NCBI GenBank assembly: GCA_951406725.2
Contig: OX597824.1
Location: 96,162,001 to 96,226,000 of the forward strand
From: Octopus vulgaris
Taxonomy: Eukaryota
Direction: 5' to 3'
DNA length: 64,000 nucleotides
Shown: positions 37,597 to 52,042 of the stretch, one piece after another
Layout of the letters: each line of letters begins with the position of its first letter
Numbering within the stretch: position 1 is the stretch's first letter
Program-made: the position numbers and the translations under genes
The notes under the pieces: generated by a model
The model's input: only the letters and a program-made list of their open reading frames with translations
Told to the model about the DNA's origin: nothing
The model's database searches: none

Positions 37597-40500
37597 AAAA
37601 TAAATACCGGCTGAACACTGGGGTTGATGTAATCGACTTACATCCTCCTGTGAATTTGCTGCCCTTGTGGCAAAATTTAAGCCTTTTTTTTTTTTTTTTT
37701 TTTTCCCCCATTCAAGATGCTTCTTTTGCCATTATTTTCTAAAAACCTGGCCATATCTTTCAGTTTTACAAACTTGAATTCCTAGACTTCTTTTCTTGGT
37801 CTTTCCTGGCAAAATTTCTGCATATCTGTTCTGATACTGTTATATTAAGTAACAATACTTTTCTCTAATATCAAGCTATTAATTCTGTGACATTACCATC
37901 TCACATGCCTTTAGTCCTTCAAGAAAGGTAATGGAGTGACAAGTGTCTAGCTATGTTGCCTTATGTTCTGAGTTCAAATCCCACCGAGTTGAATTTTGTT
38001 CTAAGTCAGTAAAATTAGTATCAATGAGGTACCTGAATGCTCCTCTGAATAAATGTGTGGCCTTGAGTTTACATTATAATTGGCTAAGCTGGCAGAATTG
38101 TTAGCACGCTGGACAAAATGCTTAGCAGTATTTCATCTGCTGCTACGTTCTGAGTTCAAATTCCGCCAAGGTTGACTTTGCGTTTCATCCTTTTGGGGTT
38201 GATTAAGTAAGTACCAGTTACATACTGGGGTTGATATAATCGACTTAATTCCTTCCCCAAATTTGAGGCCTTGTGCTTCCAGTAGGAAGGATTATTATTA
38301 TTATTGTTATTATTAAGGCGGTGAGCTGGGATAATTGTTAGCAGCATTTCATTCCTCTCTGTGTTCTGAGTTCAAATTCTGCCGACGTCGACTTTACCTT
38401 TCATCCTTTCGGGGACAATAAAATAAGTACCAGTTGAACACTGGAGTTGATTTAATTGACTTAGACTCTCCCCTGAAATTGCTGGCCTTGTGCCAAAATT
38501 TGAAGTTATTACTATTATTGAAAGAAATTGGGTCGGACTCGTTTGTCAGTAATGACTTTCTTACAGAAGCACTTTTTAAATACATTAATGTGTTTGTTTG
38601 TTTGTGCATGTGTGTGTGTATGTTTATATACATAAGTGTGATATATGATGTATGTATATTTTAATTAATGTATGAACAAATGAAGCGCCTAGCTTACAAG
38701 TATTCAGTCACCTTTGCTTTGGGATAGGGTTATCGATGGAATTTTTGATATTGTTGGCATTGATTTCAGTTAAGGATAACATAGCTGAGTTGTAAGATGA
38801 TACCCTAATTTTCTGGGGGCTTTTTTTTTTTTTTTTACTACAAATGTCAGTCTTGCGATAATTTCTAGTCATAGATTATTCGAAACAATTATCGCCGCAT
38901 TCTAACTTCAACAATGTCATTAGAACATTTTTTTGTTTCCACCTCTACAATTTTTGGTGGAATGATCAAAACTGTCCCAAATGACTTCATTCTTTTGAGT
39001 TGAGATATAATTTAATGACTAATTGTTATTTATGTTTATCCAAAAGAAAATTCAAATTTTTGTCCCAAATTATTTTGGTTATTTTTAAGGAACAAACTAA
39101 CAATATCTTGTGCTATGATTTTTTTTTTTTTTAATTTAGTTAATCTGATACATCATGAGGGATTAATCAGTATTATACTGTACAAAAATGACATGCTTTT
39201 GGAGAATAATTCTATTTTCCATTTGATAAAAATGTAGCTTATAATTTTAATTTAAGTTTATGAAATTTAATTTTTCATTATATTTTGCTAACGTTACACA
39301 CAAACTTAAAACTATTCAGATCTTCCATGGTGTTGAATGATAAAAAAAATATTGTCAGTCCTAAATAAAATGAATTGAAATTTGTTATCAACCCTCACCC
39401 CCTGGGTTTTGCTTGTTTTTTTTGTGTGTGTATTATTTGTTTGTGTCAAAACTTGCAATCAAGCTACTTCATGTTATCTTCAAAATTGCTGCCCTTCCTC
39501 TTTATTCTTTCCAATATAAATGGATGCAATTTTCTTTAATCTTTTTGGTATAAATAAAGTTTTCTTTTTTTTTCCGTTGAATTTCTTATGTGACATGGCC
39601 ATGTGGTTCAGTCCCCACTGTGTGGCACCTGGAGCAATTGTCTTCTATAACCCTGGGCCAGCCAAAGCCTTCTGGATGGATCTGGCAGACAGAAACTGAA
39701 AGATGGCTATCGTGTGTGTGTCCACTCTTGTCGAGACATCGTGTGACGGTCGTAAATGAGCATTATCGTCATACAAGTAATATTGTTCATTTCTAGTCTT
39801 CTGAAAAATGTCTGGCTATGGAAAAATATTACCTTGTTTGGAAATGAGTGAGGAATGGTGGCAGGAAGGGCATCTGGCTGTAGAAAATCAGCTTCAACAA
39901 AAATTCCATCTGGACCATGGAAAAGTGGAGATAAAATGAGACGTGAAATTTGAAAGTAGCACTAACTTTTTTTCAAATCATTTTTAATATCTTGCCATAA
40001 ATATACTTTCTGTCTAAATTTTGCAGTATTTTTCATGTGCAGTTTCAGCTGTTATGTGATAATTAGATTGGTTTCTAACAAACATCTGACTGAATAGTAA
40101 TTAGATCACTATTCCTAACAAATATATCATTGGTTCTTATATGATTACAGTGAAGAGCAGTATCATAACAGAAATTAAAATTCTAAAAGTTTTTGTTAAC
40201 CACTCTTGGTCTCATGTTCCCAACCAGCACCAAATACACTGAGTTGTTCAATTTAGACTGAAATCTTACTGTACAAATAATTAGGCAAGATTTCAGTAGG
40301 TAAAAGAATTTGTATTTTTATGTGAGAATATTTTATATTTAAAAAAAATATATTTCCAAACACCATCTTAATATATCAATAAAAAAAAAATTTAACAACT
40401 TATTTTATTGTTTTACTGAACTCCTCCAGATTTTCAGTTTTTAAAATTGAATCATGGTTTTCCCTTAAAACATGGTTATGAAAAGGACTTTTTGAACCAA

Positions 40501-42518
40501 TTTTTCCTGAAACAAAGTACTGGCAATCTCCTTATTTTTGTATTTAACTTCAAAATGAAGCTTATTTGGTTAAGTAACTAGCTGCATTAACAAATTTAGA
40601 AAAAATCTAAATGCATCTGTAAATTACTTATTGATAATTTTGCAGAATCTGTATCAAAGCATTCTTATAATAAATGCATCTTTTATTGATTGAGTTAAAA
40701 ATAAGTTACCCTCTTATTTTCAAGAGGGTTACTTATGGGCAAAAGTGTTTCAGCTGTAGTCATCTTGTTTCATGGCCAATATCGGTGACTGCTTTATGAA
40801 TTATCAACATAGGGCAAGTTTCTTTAACTAGTTACATTACTAATGTTTTTAGATACCCTCTCTAATCTTACTTTTTAATTGTTTTCATTAAACTTTGATT
40901 TAATTTTTTTTTTTTTAATGCATAAATATTTTGATAATCTCAGCTCTTATTCAGAATTGCTGGAAATATCAATATTTGGATAAATATAGAACTTTTCACA
41001 AATTCTGTTCAAATTAAAATCTAATATTGTATTAAAATATAAATCATAATGTAAAGCAAAATACTTTTAATTTATTCAAAGTTATATTTTCTTTAACCTT
41101 TCTGTTTTCCTCAAATTCTTTAATTTTTATTTAAAAATTCCTTGAAGGAAGAAATAACATGGATCTTCCAACATCATGCTTTAAGTTTCTGTTTCCATGT
41201 ACCATAATAAAAAATTTTTTTCAAGATATGAAAACTCTTTTCAATTGTAAGATATGTATTTTTGGGTTTTTTTTATAAATTTTCTAGTCATGAAATTCCT
41301 AACAATATCCTGGATTTATGAGTGCTTTAAAGTTCCTAGAAAAGTTTTTTGATATCTTTGAAAAATACCAAAAGTGGCTCAATCCAGATGCTTCAATCAA
41401 ACTACTGCACTATTTTTGTTTGTTCCGTCATTTATTAAATTCTCTTTATTCCATTCTGATTTTACTGGAATAAATTTGATATATAATAATTCTGCAATAA
41501 AAGAAAGTTAAATAATCTTTTAATTAGCTTCTATTTTGTTACTTTTCTTTGATATTCTGATTTTTTTAAAATATTTATTTATTTATTTATTTTGTTGGAA
41601 TTCAAAAAAAAAAAAGAATTGTTATTTTTGTCCATTCTGAAATTTGCAAGAGAAGAAATACCATTCAATGCCTGTTTTGTATTTGGTAGCTATTGAACCT
41701 CCTTCTCATTTTTAAATCATTAATCACATTTGATTTCCACGTGCTTTTTGTTTTAAATCTGTTTTGGGGCTCAAACAGAAAAGCTTGAGTGCTTATTTCA
41801 TTTGCAATGAAGCAATCTAAGACTTAGCTTGATTTTAGCTCCTTTGTAGGGCCTCAGTACTTTATAAATTATACAGCAATGCATATAGCTTATAGCTTTA
41901 GTTTGTAGGGTTATCCTCTTCCAAATTTTGCTAGTATATATATCTATCGACATAATTATACAGTCTCATCTTTGATAAATAAGAAAAAATGGTAGTCTCA
42001 GTTTTCATAAGATGGTACCTGTTTGAGATGATTCTTTTTTTCCCCTCCTCCAGATTCATATCTTTTTACTTCAGTTGCACCACTAAATCAACTTAATATT
42101 TATTTAATTTTGTCAAGAAGATTCTTTGCGATATATTTTAGTTTCAGATATAATTTTATGAAAACTGTGTTTCATAACTATATGCTCTTTAAATTACCTA
42201 TCATGTTCAACTAACAAACACCACTTTTGTGTTGTCTATGATTTAAATAGCAATCAGTAAAAGCGGAATTAACCAATCAGTATTCTATGAATCAAATTTA
42301 AAATTTCTCTGTAATAAAACCAGTCACATCGAAAAATGAAGATAATAAAATTTAGTCTAATTTCAAATTTAAATGTCGTAATCTATAATTAGTGAATCAA
42401 GAACAGGCCATATTGGATGTCTTCCTCTCTATTGACTGTGGCTTGACAGCACATACAATGCACATTTCTTGCTGGGTTCTTGCCATAGTTTTATTGAAGT
42501 CTTACCAGCTACATTTAA

Positions 42519-42717
42519 CCCTTTTGTTACCATATTTCTGTTGAGATGCTCCGTGTTTCTTTCAATTAATTTTAAATATAACAAAGAATTTAGTAAAATA
42601 ACTTCGTTATCATTCTAGGAATGTAAATTGTGACAACGGTTTGGCAGATTTTAATTCAAAACTTTTGAAAACAAGGCATTTGTACTCAGAGCCACAGCTG
42701 GGTTGGTATCGAAAGGG
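42519..42717. mobile_element. piggyBac-like MITE family 1 (opposite orientation)
   Basis: TTAA-CCCTTTTGTTAC...GTATCGAAAGGG-TTAA; internal sequence is the reverse complement of 34561-34782. Confidence 0.88.
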
Positions 42718-43337
42718 TTAACTCTTAATAAACTTATTCCTTTGGCTGTTTTTATGCTTGAAGTATGTTTTTTATTTAGATATACTAATAAAAATAAAAT
42801 CGTACAAACTTGGAATTCTTTTTATGAACCAATAATAGAAAGTTTGAAATTATCATTTTAATAAATTCTGGTCTTGTGTAACATTATTGGGCACTGCTCA
42901 ATGTTACACAAGACCAGAATTTAGATGTAATAGCCCCAAAGCCTTCATTGCAAAATTTCAAATCAATTTCTTCCTAAATTTTCTCAAGAAATATTTGTCC
43001 TAGTAAGATAATATCTCACGAGTATCTCAGCAAAAATATGGCTACTGAGATAAGATCCAAGAATTCCCATGGTAATGCTATTTCAGTGTTGATATATACT
43101 ATGGTGAAAACCAAACATTAGATATGAAATAGTTGTTGGTTTCAACCAGGTGTGGAGAATCTCTTATCAAGTAGCTTAAGTACAGGTGAAGCTTATCTTT
43201 TGAAACAAATATTAAATCTTTAATTTTATAACTGCATATAATAAAGTAACATTTGGTGCTAAGACTTGAATATTTTTTTCATATTGGTTTTTAGGGATTT
43301 GCTGCATGCCATTTCAATTACAATACAGGTGAAGTGT

Positions 43338-43551
43338 AAGGCAGCGAACTGGCAAAAACGTTAGCATGCCAGGTGAAATGCTTAGCAGTATTTTGCTTGC
43401 CGTTACGTTCTGAGTTCAAATTCCACCGAGTTCGGCCTTGCATTTCATCTTTTCAGGTTCAATAAATTAAGTACCAGTTGTGTACTGGGGTCATTGTAAT
43501 TGACTGGCCCTCTCCCCCAAAGTTTCAGGCCTTGTATCTAGAGTAGAAAAG
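43338..43551 (+). mobile_element. Family B SINE, full length, with 16-bp TSD
   Basis: Perfect TSD AATACAGGTGAAGTGT at 43322-43337 and 43552-43567. Confidence 0.92.
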
Positions 43552-43956
43552 AATACAGGTGAAGTGTCCCATACTTCTAATTTCAAGTTAACTCTTCTTA
43601 TTCTAACAGGAAAAGAAAATGTTTTACTGTATCTAGTTACAAATCCCTAACGATTTGAGATTTTAGAAAAAAATGCCAGAGTAAAGATGTAAATACCAAG
43701 AAAGTGACTAATTAGTATCTGAAGATGCAACACTAGTAGCTTTATGAATTCTAGAAACTCAGTCATCAATGTTTCAATATTAATTTGGCATCTTCAGTCT
43801 ATATGTTCTGAGTTCAAATTCCACCAAGATTGACTTTGCCTTTCATCCTTTTGGGGTCGATAAATTAAGTACCAGGGAAGCACTGGGGCCAATGTAATTG
43901 ACTATCCCCCTTCCCCAAAATTTCAGGCCTTGTATGTATAGTAATAAATAAATAAA

Positions 43957-44191
43957 TGCACCATTTTAAAGCCTAGCCAGGCTCATGGGGCCAGTTTCTA
44001 TGGCATATGTGTTCCCCAGCTGGACGGGATGCCAGTCCATTGCAATATTACTCACTTTTGCAGCCGAGTGGACTGGAGCAACATGAAATGAAGTGTTTTA
44101 CTCAAGAACACAATATGTCGCCCGGTCCAGGAATCGAAACCACAATCTTACGATCATGATGCTGACACTCTAACCACTAAGCCACATGCCT
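43957..44191 (-). mobile_element. Third tRNA-derived SINE family (D)
   Basis: Minus strand AGGCATGTGGCTTAGTGGTTAG (A box)...GTTTCGATTCC (B box)...GTGTTCTTGAGTAAAACACTT core-like segment; similar head at about 61190-61318. Confidence 0.75.
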
Positions 44192-47100
44192 CTACTGTAC
44201 GTGTAGTAGAAAATAATATTAATTTTGCATCCAAGAAAATCGTAGCAAATTCTGAACAGAAGTTTTTTTTAATTAATTAATTGTATGCTTTCAGCTTTAT
44301 TTTCTACTCATTTAACAAATTCTTTTTAATTTTGCGATAACTTGTTTCAATCTCTTCATCTTAGCTTTCATTTTTAAGAAATGTTTGTCACATATTTCCA
44401 CATCACTAGACTGAATAACCAATGCAGGTTTCTTGTATAACTGCTATTATGAATCTAGTTACAACTTGACAGATTTTTTTTATTGTCTGTATTGAAATAT
44501 TGAACTGGTTTCATCATAACATAATCTCTTTGAATACCAAATGTTGATGATGATTGGTCTCATCCAATTTTGACCCCTGTCAATGTTTGTGATTTTCTAA
44601 TAAGACTACCATAGAGAGAAAAACCAATTTCCTGTTTATCATCTATCATTCAAAGATCCTCATATTTATTATAAACTACCATGCAATGGTCTTTGTTTTG
44701 TGTCTGTGTGTGTGTGTGTATTTCTCTATTCCTCTGTGATAGTCAGATATATCTTACCATCTACTTTAACCCTTTAGCATTTAAACCAGTTGTATCCAGC
44801 CAAAAGTATTCTGCCTGTTTTATGTTCAAACTGGCCAGATCTGGTCTCTCACACCAACCCTACAATATCGTTTTAATGATTAGTTCAAAACAATGTGGGT
44901 AAAAAAGGATTAATTTTGGCAGAATAATGCGAACACTAAAGGGTTAAAATAGCTTGTCACAGATTCCTACACTAATCTATTACGCTTTGGTTAATCCTTT
45001 GTATCTTTTGATAGCAAACCACTCCAAATAATACAAAACCAACATTGTTTTAACAATTTCTATTCTAGAAATATGGCATCCGTTATTGGATAGAATAAAT
45101 AACAAAAATAGATTGACTTCATTTTGTATTATTAATGGTTTGGTGGAATTGTTTTTAAAATTAAGCTTGCTTTTGTTACACTAACAGATACAGAGATGTC
45201 ACTGTAAATATCCAGCCAGCTCTCAAAAAAAATAGAAAAAAAATAAACTTGCTTTCAAAATACATTTTATATATTTATTTTTTTTTGTGTGTAAAGTTGT
45301 ACTTTAAAAGTACTAAGATACCTAAAAGATACTACAAACTTTAGACTTTATCCATTAAATATAATTTACAAAAGTCAACAGGTAGAGGTTTTTTACCTCT
45401 ACACCATCTGACATACTAATATCTGCAAGTATTTAAAAAATTGTTTTGTTTTATAATTGTATGATCAAAGAAAAACCGGTGAAAAAAAAAAAGTATATTC
45501 ACATTATTGGAAATATATTTTCTATCTTTTTTTTTTCAGTTTATTAGCCAATAAGTTGTCTCCTTTTTTTTTTAAATTAAATTTTACCACAAAAACTTGC
45601 TGTTTATGTCTTGTGAGTTTATCGCACTCTTAACCTTGTCTTTGTAACCTCATCCACACTATTTTAATCAGCATAGAATTAAGAACTTTTGAGAACTGAA
45701 GTACTTGTATTTGTAACGTAAGATTTCAGTTTTCTTAAGTGATATGTAAAGAACATTGAAACCTTGCATTAGAAATAAATTCAATTCTAATGGAAAATTA
45801 TGTATAAGAATGACATTTATGCAATCAGATAAAAATATAGTAATTGGTAGGAACACAAAACTTAGGTTAAAAGCCCAAAAACCAAAACTATACTAGCAGT
45901 ATCTTGTTTTAAAAATTATGTTATCACTATTATTTCTTTGTATCTTTTCTGCTTCCTGAAATTGATTTATTTTTATACTTCATTCTTAAATTTGTGAATT
46001 TTTTTTTTTTAATGTAAATTTCTTTTCATTTTGAATTTTATTGAAAATTCATAATTAAAGGAATAAAATCATAAACTAAACTTTGTTTTAATTTCTTTCA
46101 AAAAATGTTATTCTTTTACTGTTTTCAGTTATTTGTGTATTGCCATACTGAAGCACCGGCTTCAAGGAATTGCTCAAACATATTGATATCTTTTACTTGT
46201 TTCAGTCATTGGACTGCAGCCATGCTGTAGCATTACCTTCAAGGATTTTAATTAAATAAATCAATTCCGGTTCTTGTTTTAAAGTTTGGTACTTATCCTA
46301 TCAGTCTCTTTTGCTGAACCACAAAGTTGTACAGATGTAAACAAACCAACACTGGTTATCAAGCAGTGACAGGATTCACACATGTATACACACAAACACA
46401 AAGGGCTCTGACACAATTTCCATCTCCCAAATTCACTTGCAAGGTTTGTAGTATAAAATACTTGCCCAAGGTGCTGCGCAGTGGAACTGAGCCTGAAACC
46501 AGATGGTTGCAAAGTGAGCTGCTTAACCATCACACTGCCATACCTATGTCTTTTTTTAATAAATTTCATCATCATTTAAGGTTCACTTTTCCATGGGTCA
46601 GACAAAAATTGTAAATTTTCTACGAATCCAGTCACAAGACTTTGTTCAGCCCAGGGCTATTATAGAAGTCAATTGCCTAAGGTGCCATGCAGTGGGACGG
46701 AACTCGTAACCATGTGATTGGGAAGCAGACTTGCCTGTACCTATAATATATTTTGTGTATTGTTTTATCTTTCATTTGTTTGCAGCTTGCTATAACACTT
46801 CAGTTTCCATGGTCCACACTGTAATGAAACAATTTAGATGTCATTCTAATTAGGGACCTGGCAACATTACCATAATTAGTATTTGAGACAGTTAAAACCA
46901 GAGACACATGTTAACTTATTCAAGCAACAATGTTAAATATACAAATGACTGTTTTTGCACTCTAATTGCTCTATCTACTGTATTTATTTAATTTAGACAG
47001 TATACTAATTAACTTCTTCAGATGTAGTATATGGAAGCACGTTGGTAAACTTAATTAGTGAAGTGAGGTCAGCTAATCAAAGGCAGGAGCGCAACATACA

Positions 47101-50100
47101 TGAACTTTTTCGGGGCCTCCAAAGTGATTGGGAGGGAGATATATGTAGACAGAAGACCTGGTAAAAATGTTTGCAAAACAAGATATTAGAGACTCTCAAA
47201 TGGATTGGAAAACTAGAAAATTATCAAATGAATAGGAAAAGCATGCATGGCTGTGTGGTTAAGAAGTTCGTTTTGCAACCACGGGGTTTTGGGTTCAGTC
47301 CTACTCTATGGTACCTCGGCAAGTGTCTTCTACTATAGCCCTAAGGCAGCCACTACCTAGCGTGTGTGTGTGTATATATATGCTGAATAGATACAAAGTA
47401 AGAACATGCAAGGTGTTACATTAAATATGTTCAAAAATTATATAGAAGCACAACAAACAGAAAATACAATAAATACATAGAATGTTCCTAAATCTTCATC
47501 AGTTATTGTCCAAAGGATCGTAACATAGTATGAATACCATGTTCATGTGCCAAAAAAAATCATCTTTTCTCTAAAATATACATATATATATAAATAGAGA
47601 ATTCAGATAAACAAATATCTACTGATGTAATATACTAGGTATATGCAATAAGTGCTGAAGCTGACTTACCACCTAAAACTCCGATTTGAACTGCATCTAA
47701 AACAAAAAGTGGTGTTTGCCTAGCAATGAAAGGCTATAAGTGATTTATCATTGAGCAAATACATATATGGTAGGATAAAAAAGTATGAACAGGCAAATAA
47801 CTGATATCGGTTTAGGCCATGGCATTTATATATATTTTTATATCTTGGACAAACATTGGATGTATAATTTAATGAAGTGGTAGTAAAATCAATGTGTTTA
47901 CATAACGTACTTTATGAGACTCCAAACATCCTCTCGACTCCTATCAGCCTGTCATCTCAACCAATACACTACTCTTTATAAGAGTTTGACTGGTCCTTTA
48001 TTCCAATCTCCCAAGGGTGTCAATGACTCTTGCCACAACATCTCCCCCTTTGAGATTGAATTCTGTTGGAAGTTATTGTTATTTTTATTTATTTATTTTC
48101 TTTCATCACATTTTCCACAGTCAAACCGTCCAACCCATGCAAGCATGGAAAGCAGACGTTAAACGACGATGATTTTGACGATACACACATATATAAATAG
48201 TTTCTGCCTACCAAATCCACTCACAAAGCTTTGGTCAGCCCAGGGCTGTAGTAGAAGACACTTGCCCAAGGTGTCATGCAGTTGGATGACTGAGCCAGAA
48301 ACTGAGAGGTTGGGAAGCAAACTTACTATTCAGACACACCTGCTAACGATATACAATTATCAGGTGAGTGTGTTAAACTGGGAAATGGATTAAGTCTACT
48401 GTCCAAAGGTACTTGGGATTGCCAAATAACACTTCGCTATTTCAGGTAGAGGACATTACAACCAAAGTGGTTTTGCACATTTTTTTTTACTTCTTAGAGT
48501 TTGAAAGCTGAGAGAATGGCATCCCATGTTAACATTGAAAACATCTTGACCAGTTGGGACAAAGAACAGACAGCATGTGTGTGGGTCAGAGGTTGGACTG
48601 TGTTCATTAGTAATTGAATGCCAATTAGTCATGTGGTCATTCTCTAGATGCAGTCTAAGATATCTGTGTGCACAACAACAGCACCATCCTAGATGTGAGT
48701 GCAGCACTCCATTGTGGGCCTCACCTAAGTTCTTTAGAGTGATGGTCATGTTTGTATTTTCTCTTTGACTTGTTTCAGTCAAGAGACTGCTGCCATGCTG
48801 GGGCACTTTCATGAAGAATTTTTAGTCGAATGAATTGACCCTAATACTTACATATAACTTTTTTTTTTGTCTTTTGTTAAGCCTGACATTTTTTCTATCA
48901 GTCTCTTTTGCACTAGTTGTCAAATAGTGATGGGGGAGACAAACACACACACAATGATCTTTCAGTTTCTGCCTACCAAATCCACTTCACAAGGCTTTGG
49001 TTGGTCTGAGGTTATAGTAGAAGACACTTGTCCAGGGTGCCTCGCAGTGGGACTGAACCCAGAACTGTGTGGTTGGGAAGCAAGCTTCTTTCCACACAGC
49101 CACACCTGAATACGATACAGAACTGTTTGTTTGATATTCTGTGGTGCAATTGTGCATTTCAGGGTTGCCAGGGATTAGGTTGTCCTATCTTCATTCAAAT
49201 ATCTTTTCAAGGTCTCTCTTCAAGGAGGTAATGTAAACATGGTGCGAGATATTTATTATAAAGGTTACAGACAGATGATTGCTGGGCACAAAAGATTAAA
49301 GAGGAATGAGAGATAATATCATTTATTTATGAGTGGTGAAGTGGCAGAATTGTCACTGGGTGGGTGGAATGTGTAGTTGTTTTTCTTCTGGTTCTCTATG
49401 TTCTGAGTTCAAATGCAACTGAGACTGACTTTGTTTCTTGTCCTTTCAGAGTTGATAAAATAAGAACCAGTTGAACAATTGGGAAGTGGCATAGCTAAGC
49501 GAGGAGAGAGTGAACCCTGCCCTCAAGGATATTTGGCACAATTTCGTTTTAACTTGTATTCTATAAACATACATCTTGGTAATTTCTGTGAGCATGTGTT
49601 GTCTTGGCAACTGTCATTCTGTAACTGTGTCAACTGTGTATTCTGTAATGAAATGGTTTATAAGGAATCTTTTGTTCCAATGGAAGAAATATAGATAGTG
49701 TACATAGGCAGATAATGAAGTTGTAAAATTCTAACACCAAACATAGCTGAAGTGTTTATCGATGTCTGTGTCCTCCTGAGTATCCTTTTAAATAGATGAT
49801 GATACCCTGTTCTATATTTTAGAGATGAGGGATTCTGTACATTATTTACATTGGACGGATATGTGTCCTCATCTTGTTTGTTGTTCCTTTAGCCATTCAA
49901 TGTTTAAAAAAAATCCTATTATACTTTTATAATTAAATATTTGTTTCTTTATTGCCCACAAGGGGCTCAACATAGAGGGGACAAACAAGGACAGACAAAT
50001 GGATTAAGTCGATTACACCGACCCCAGTGCGTAACTGGTACTTATTTAATCGACCCTGAAAGGATGAAAGGCAAAGTCGACCTAGGTGGAATTTGAACTC

Positions 50101-50771
50101 AGAATGTAGTGGCAGACGAAATACTGCTAAGCATTTCTCCTGGCATGCTAACGACTCTGCCAGCTCACCCACTTAATATCACTAAATAAGGAAAACATGT
50201 CACTGTCCCTCATGAAACTGTTCTACATTTGCAGAAGATGAGTAAATTCAGCAACAAGATTGTGTTTAAACAAAACAATATAAAGCACCTATAAACAAAC
50301 ACATACTGAAATGATGGCATCTTTTGACTTTGAACCCAAATCCTTGACTTTTGAAAATGGAGCAAGGAGGGAATGTGAAATAAAATAAGATGAGCTGAGA
50401 GTCAAAACTGTGTTGTTGCTTTGGGTTACTGGGGACTTATCTCTTGTCTCAACTAAAATATTAAACATGTATTGAATTACATATGCGATTAAGTGGCTGT
50501 TGTTGTTATTTAGCTCAGTTTAATCCTAATTGAGGAGATCTATGATCAAAAGCATGACTGTCCCTGTGCAATGCAGCTTAGTTAGACAAATGGGTGTGAT
50601 TTAAGTAATGTTTCTGGCAGGTTCTTACCTGCGCATGTACATGTGACAGCATGTCTAAAATAGAAACTGAAACTATTGCTAAGAGGTATGACAAAGAACT
50701 TGTGGGATTTCAAGAAACTAACATTTCCAAGGGACACACAAATTTATATCAATATATTGCTGTGCATTAAT

Positions 50772-51172
50772 TACTCTTTTACTTGTTTCAGTCATTTGAC
50801 TGCAGCCATGCTGGAGCACCACCTTTAATCGAGCAAATCGACCCCGGGACTTATTCTTTGTAAGCCCAGTACTTATTCTATCGGTCTCTTTTGCCGAATC
50901 GCTAAGTGACGGGGACGTAAACACACCAGCATTGGTTGTCAAGCAATGCTAGGGGGACAAACACAGACACACAAACATATACACACACACTTATATCTAT
51001 ATACATATATACGACAGGCTTCTTTCAGTTTCCGTCTACCAAATCCACTTCACAAGACATTGGTCGACCCGGGGCTATAGCAGAAGACACTTGCCCAAGG
51101 TGCCAGGCAGTGGGACTGAACCCGGAACCATGTGGTTGGTTAGCAAGCTACTTACCACACAGCCACTCCTGC
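50772..51172 (-). mobile_element. CORE-type SINE family A
   Basis: Full length. Confidence 0.9.
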
Positions 51173-51943
51173 AATTAATTTTGAAAATAATGATTTATTT
51201 GTTATTATTAAGCTGGTGTTTAGAATATGAATTAATAGGAAATTTTGAAGGAAGGTTTTAATTTACATCATTTTAAAGCAAGAGAACCAAAACTATTGAA
51301 AAGGTTGCAAAACGCAACGAAAATTTTAGGAAAATAAAAATAAGAAATAAGTGGAAATTTTACCTGTGAGTGTGTTACATTATACGATACAAAAAGAAAA
51401 TGACCCTCCCCCGACAGAACAGAAGTTTATATCAGAACGAGATGCAGTCTTAGGCATTTTAGTATCAAAAGAGCTAAAAAACATTAGAATCTTAAAATGT
51501 AGCCTCTGCAGTCAATAAGCAAGATTAGTAGATGACATGATGACGTGATGACATCAGTGCTGGCGAGTCTAGTATCGATCAAAACTGAATCCATTAACCA
51601 ACATTAATAGTTAGGTCAATATATCCTCTGGACAGTAGTACAAGGCAGCATTATTTGATATGTGTGTGTTCAGAAACTTGCGGGATAAGTAATTTAATTG
51701 ACTAAACACTCCCTACAAATTTGCGGCTTTATGTTTGTGCAACAGATCAAAGTGAATCTAAATTATTCATTAGGGATGAAAGGTAAGTCGCACAAACGTT
51801 ACAGCAAAATATTGATAGAAATTCATCAATGTAAATATTAGTCATCTGAAATCAACCAAGTCTTATATTATATATCTTGGTAACTGTCTCAGTTTTTATT
51901 TCAGACATGTCGTCACATGTACGTATGTGTATGTGTATGTATG

Positions 51944-52013
<70 letters not shown>

Positions 52014-52042
52014 CATGTATGTATGTGTGTGTGTATATATAT

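Noticed and set aside
43957-44191. tRNA-like sequences with A and B boxes (also heads of families A and B)
   Set aside because: They continue into SINE bodies and lack a complete cloverleaf and terminator; not tRNA genes.
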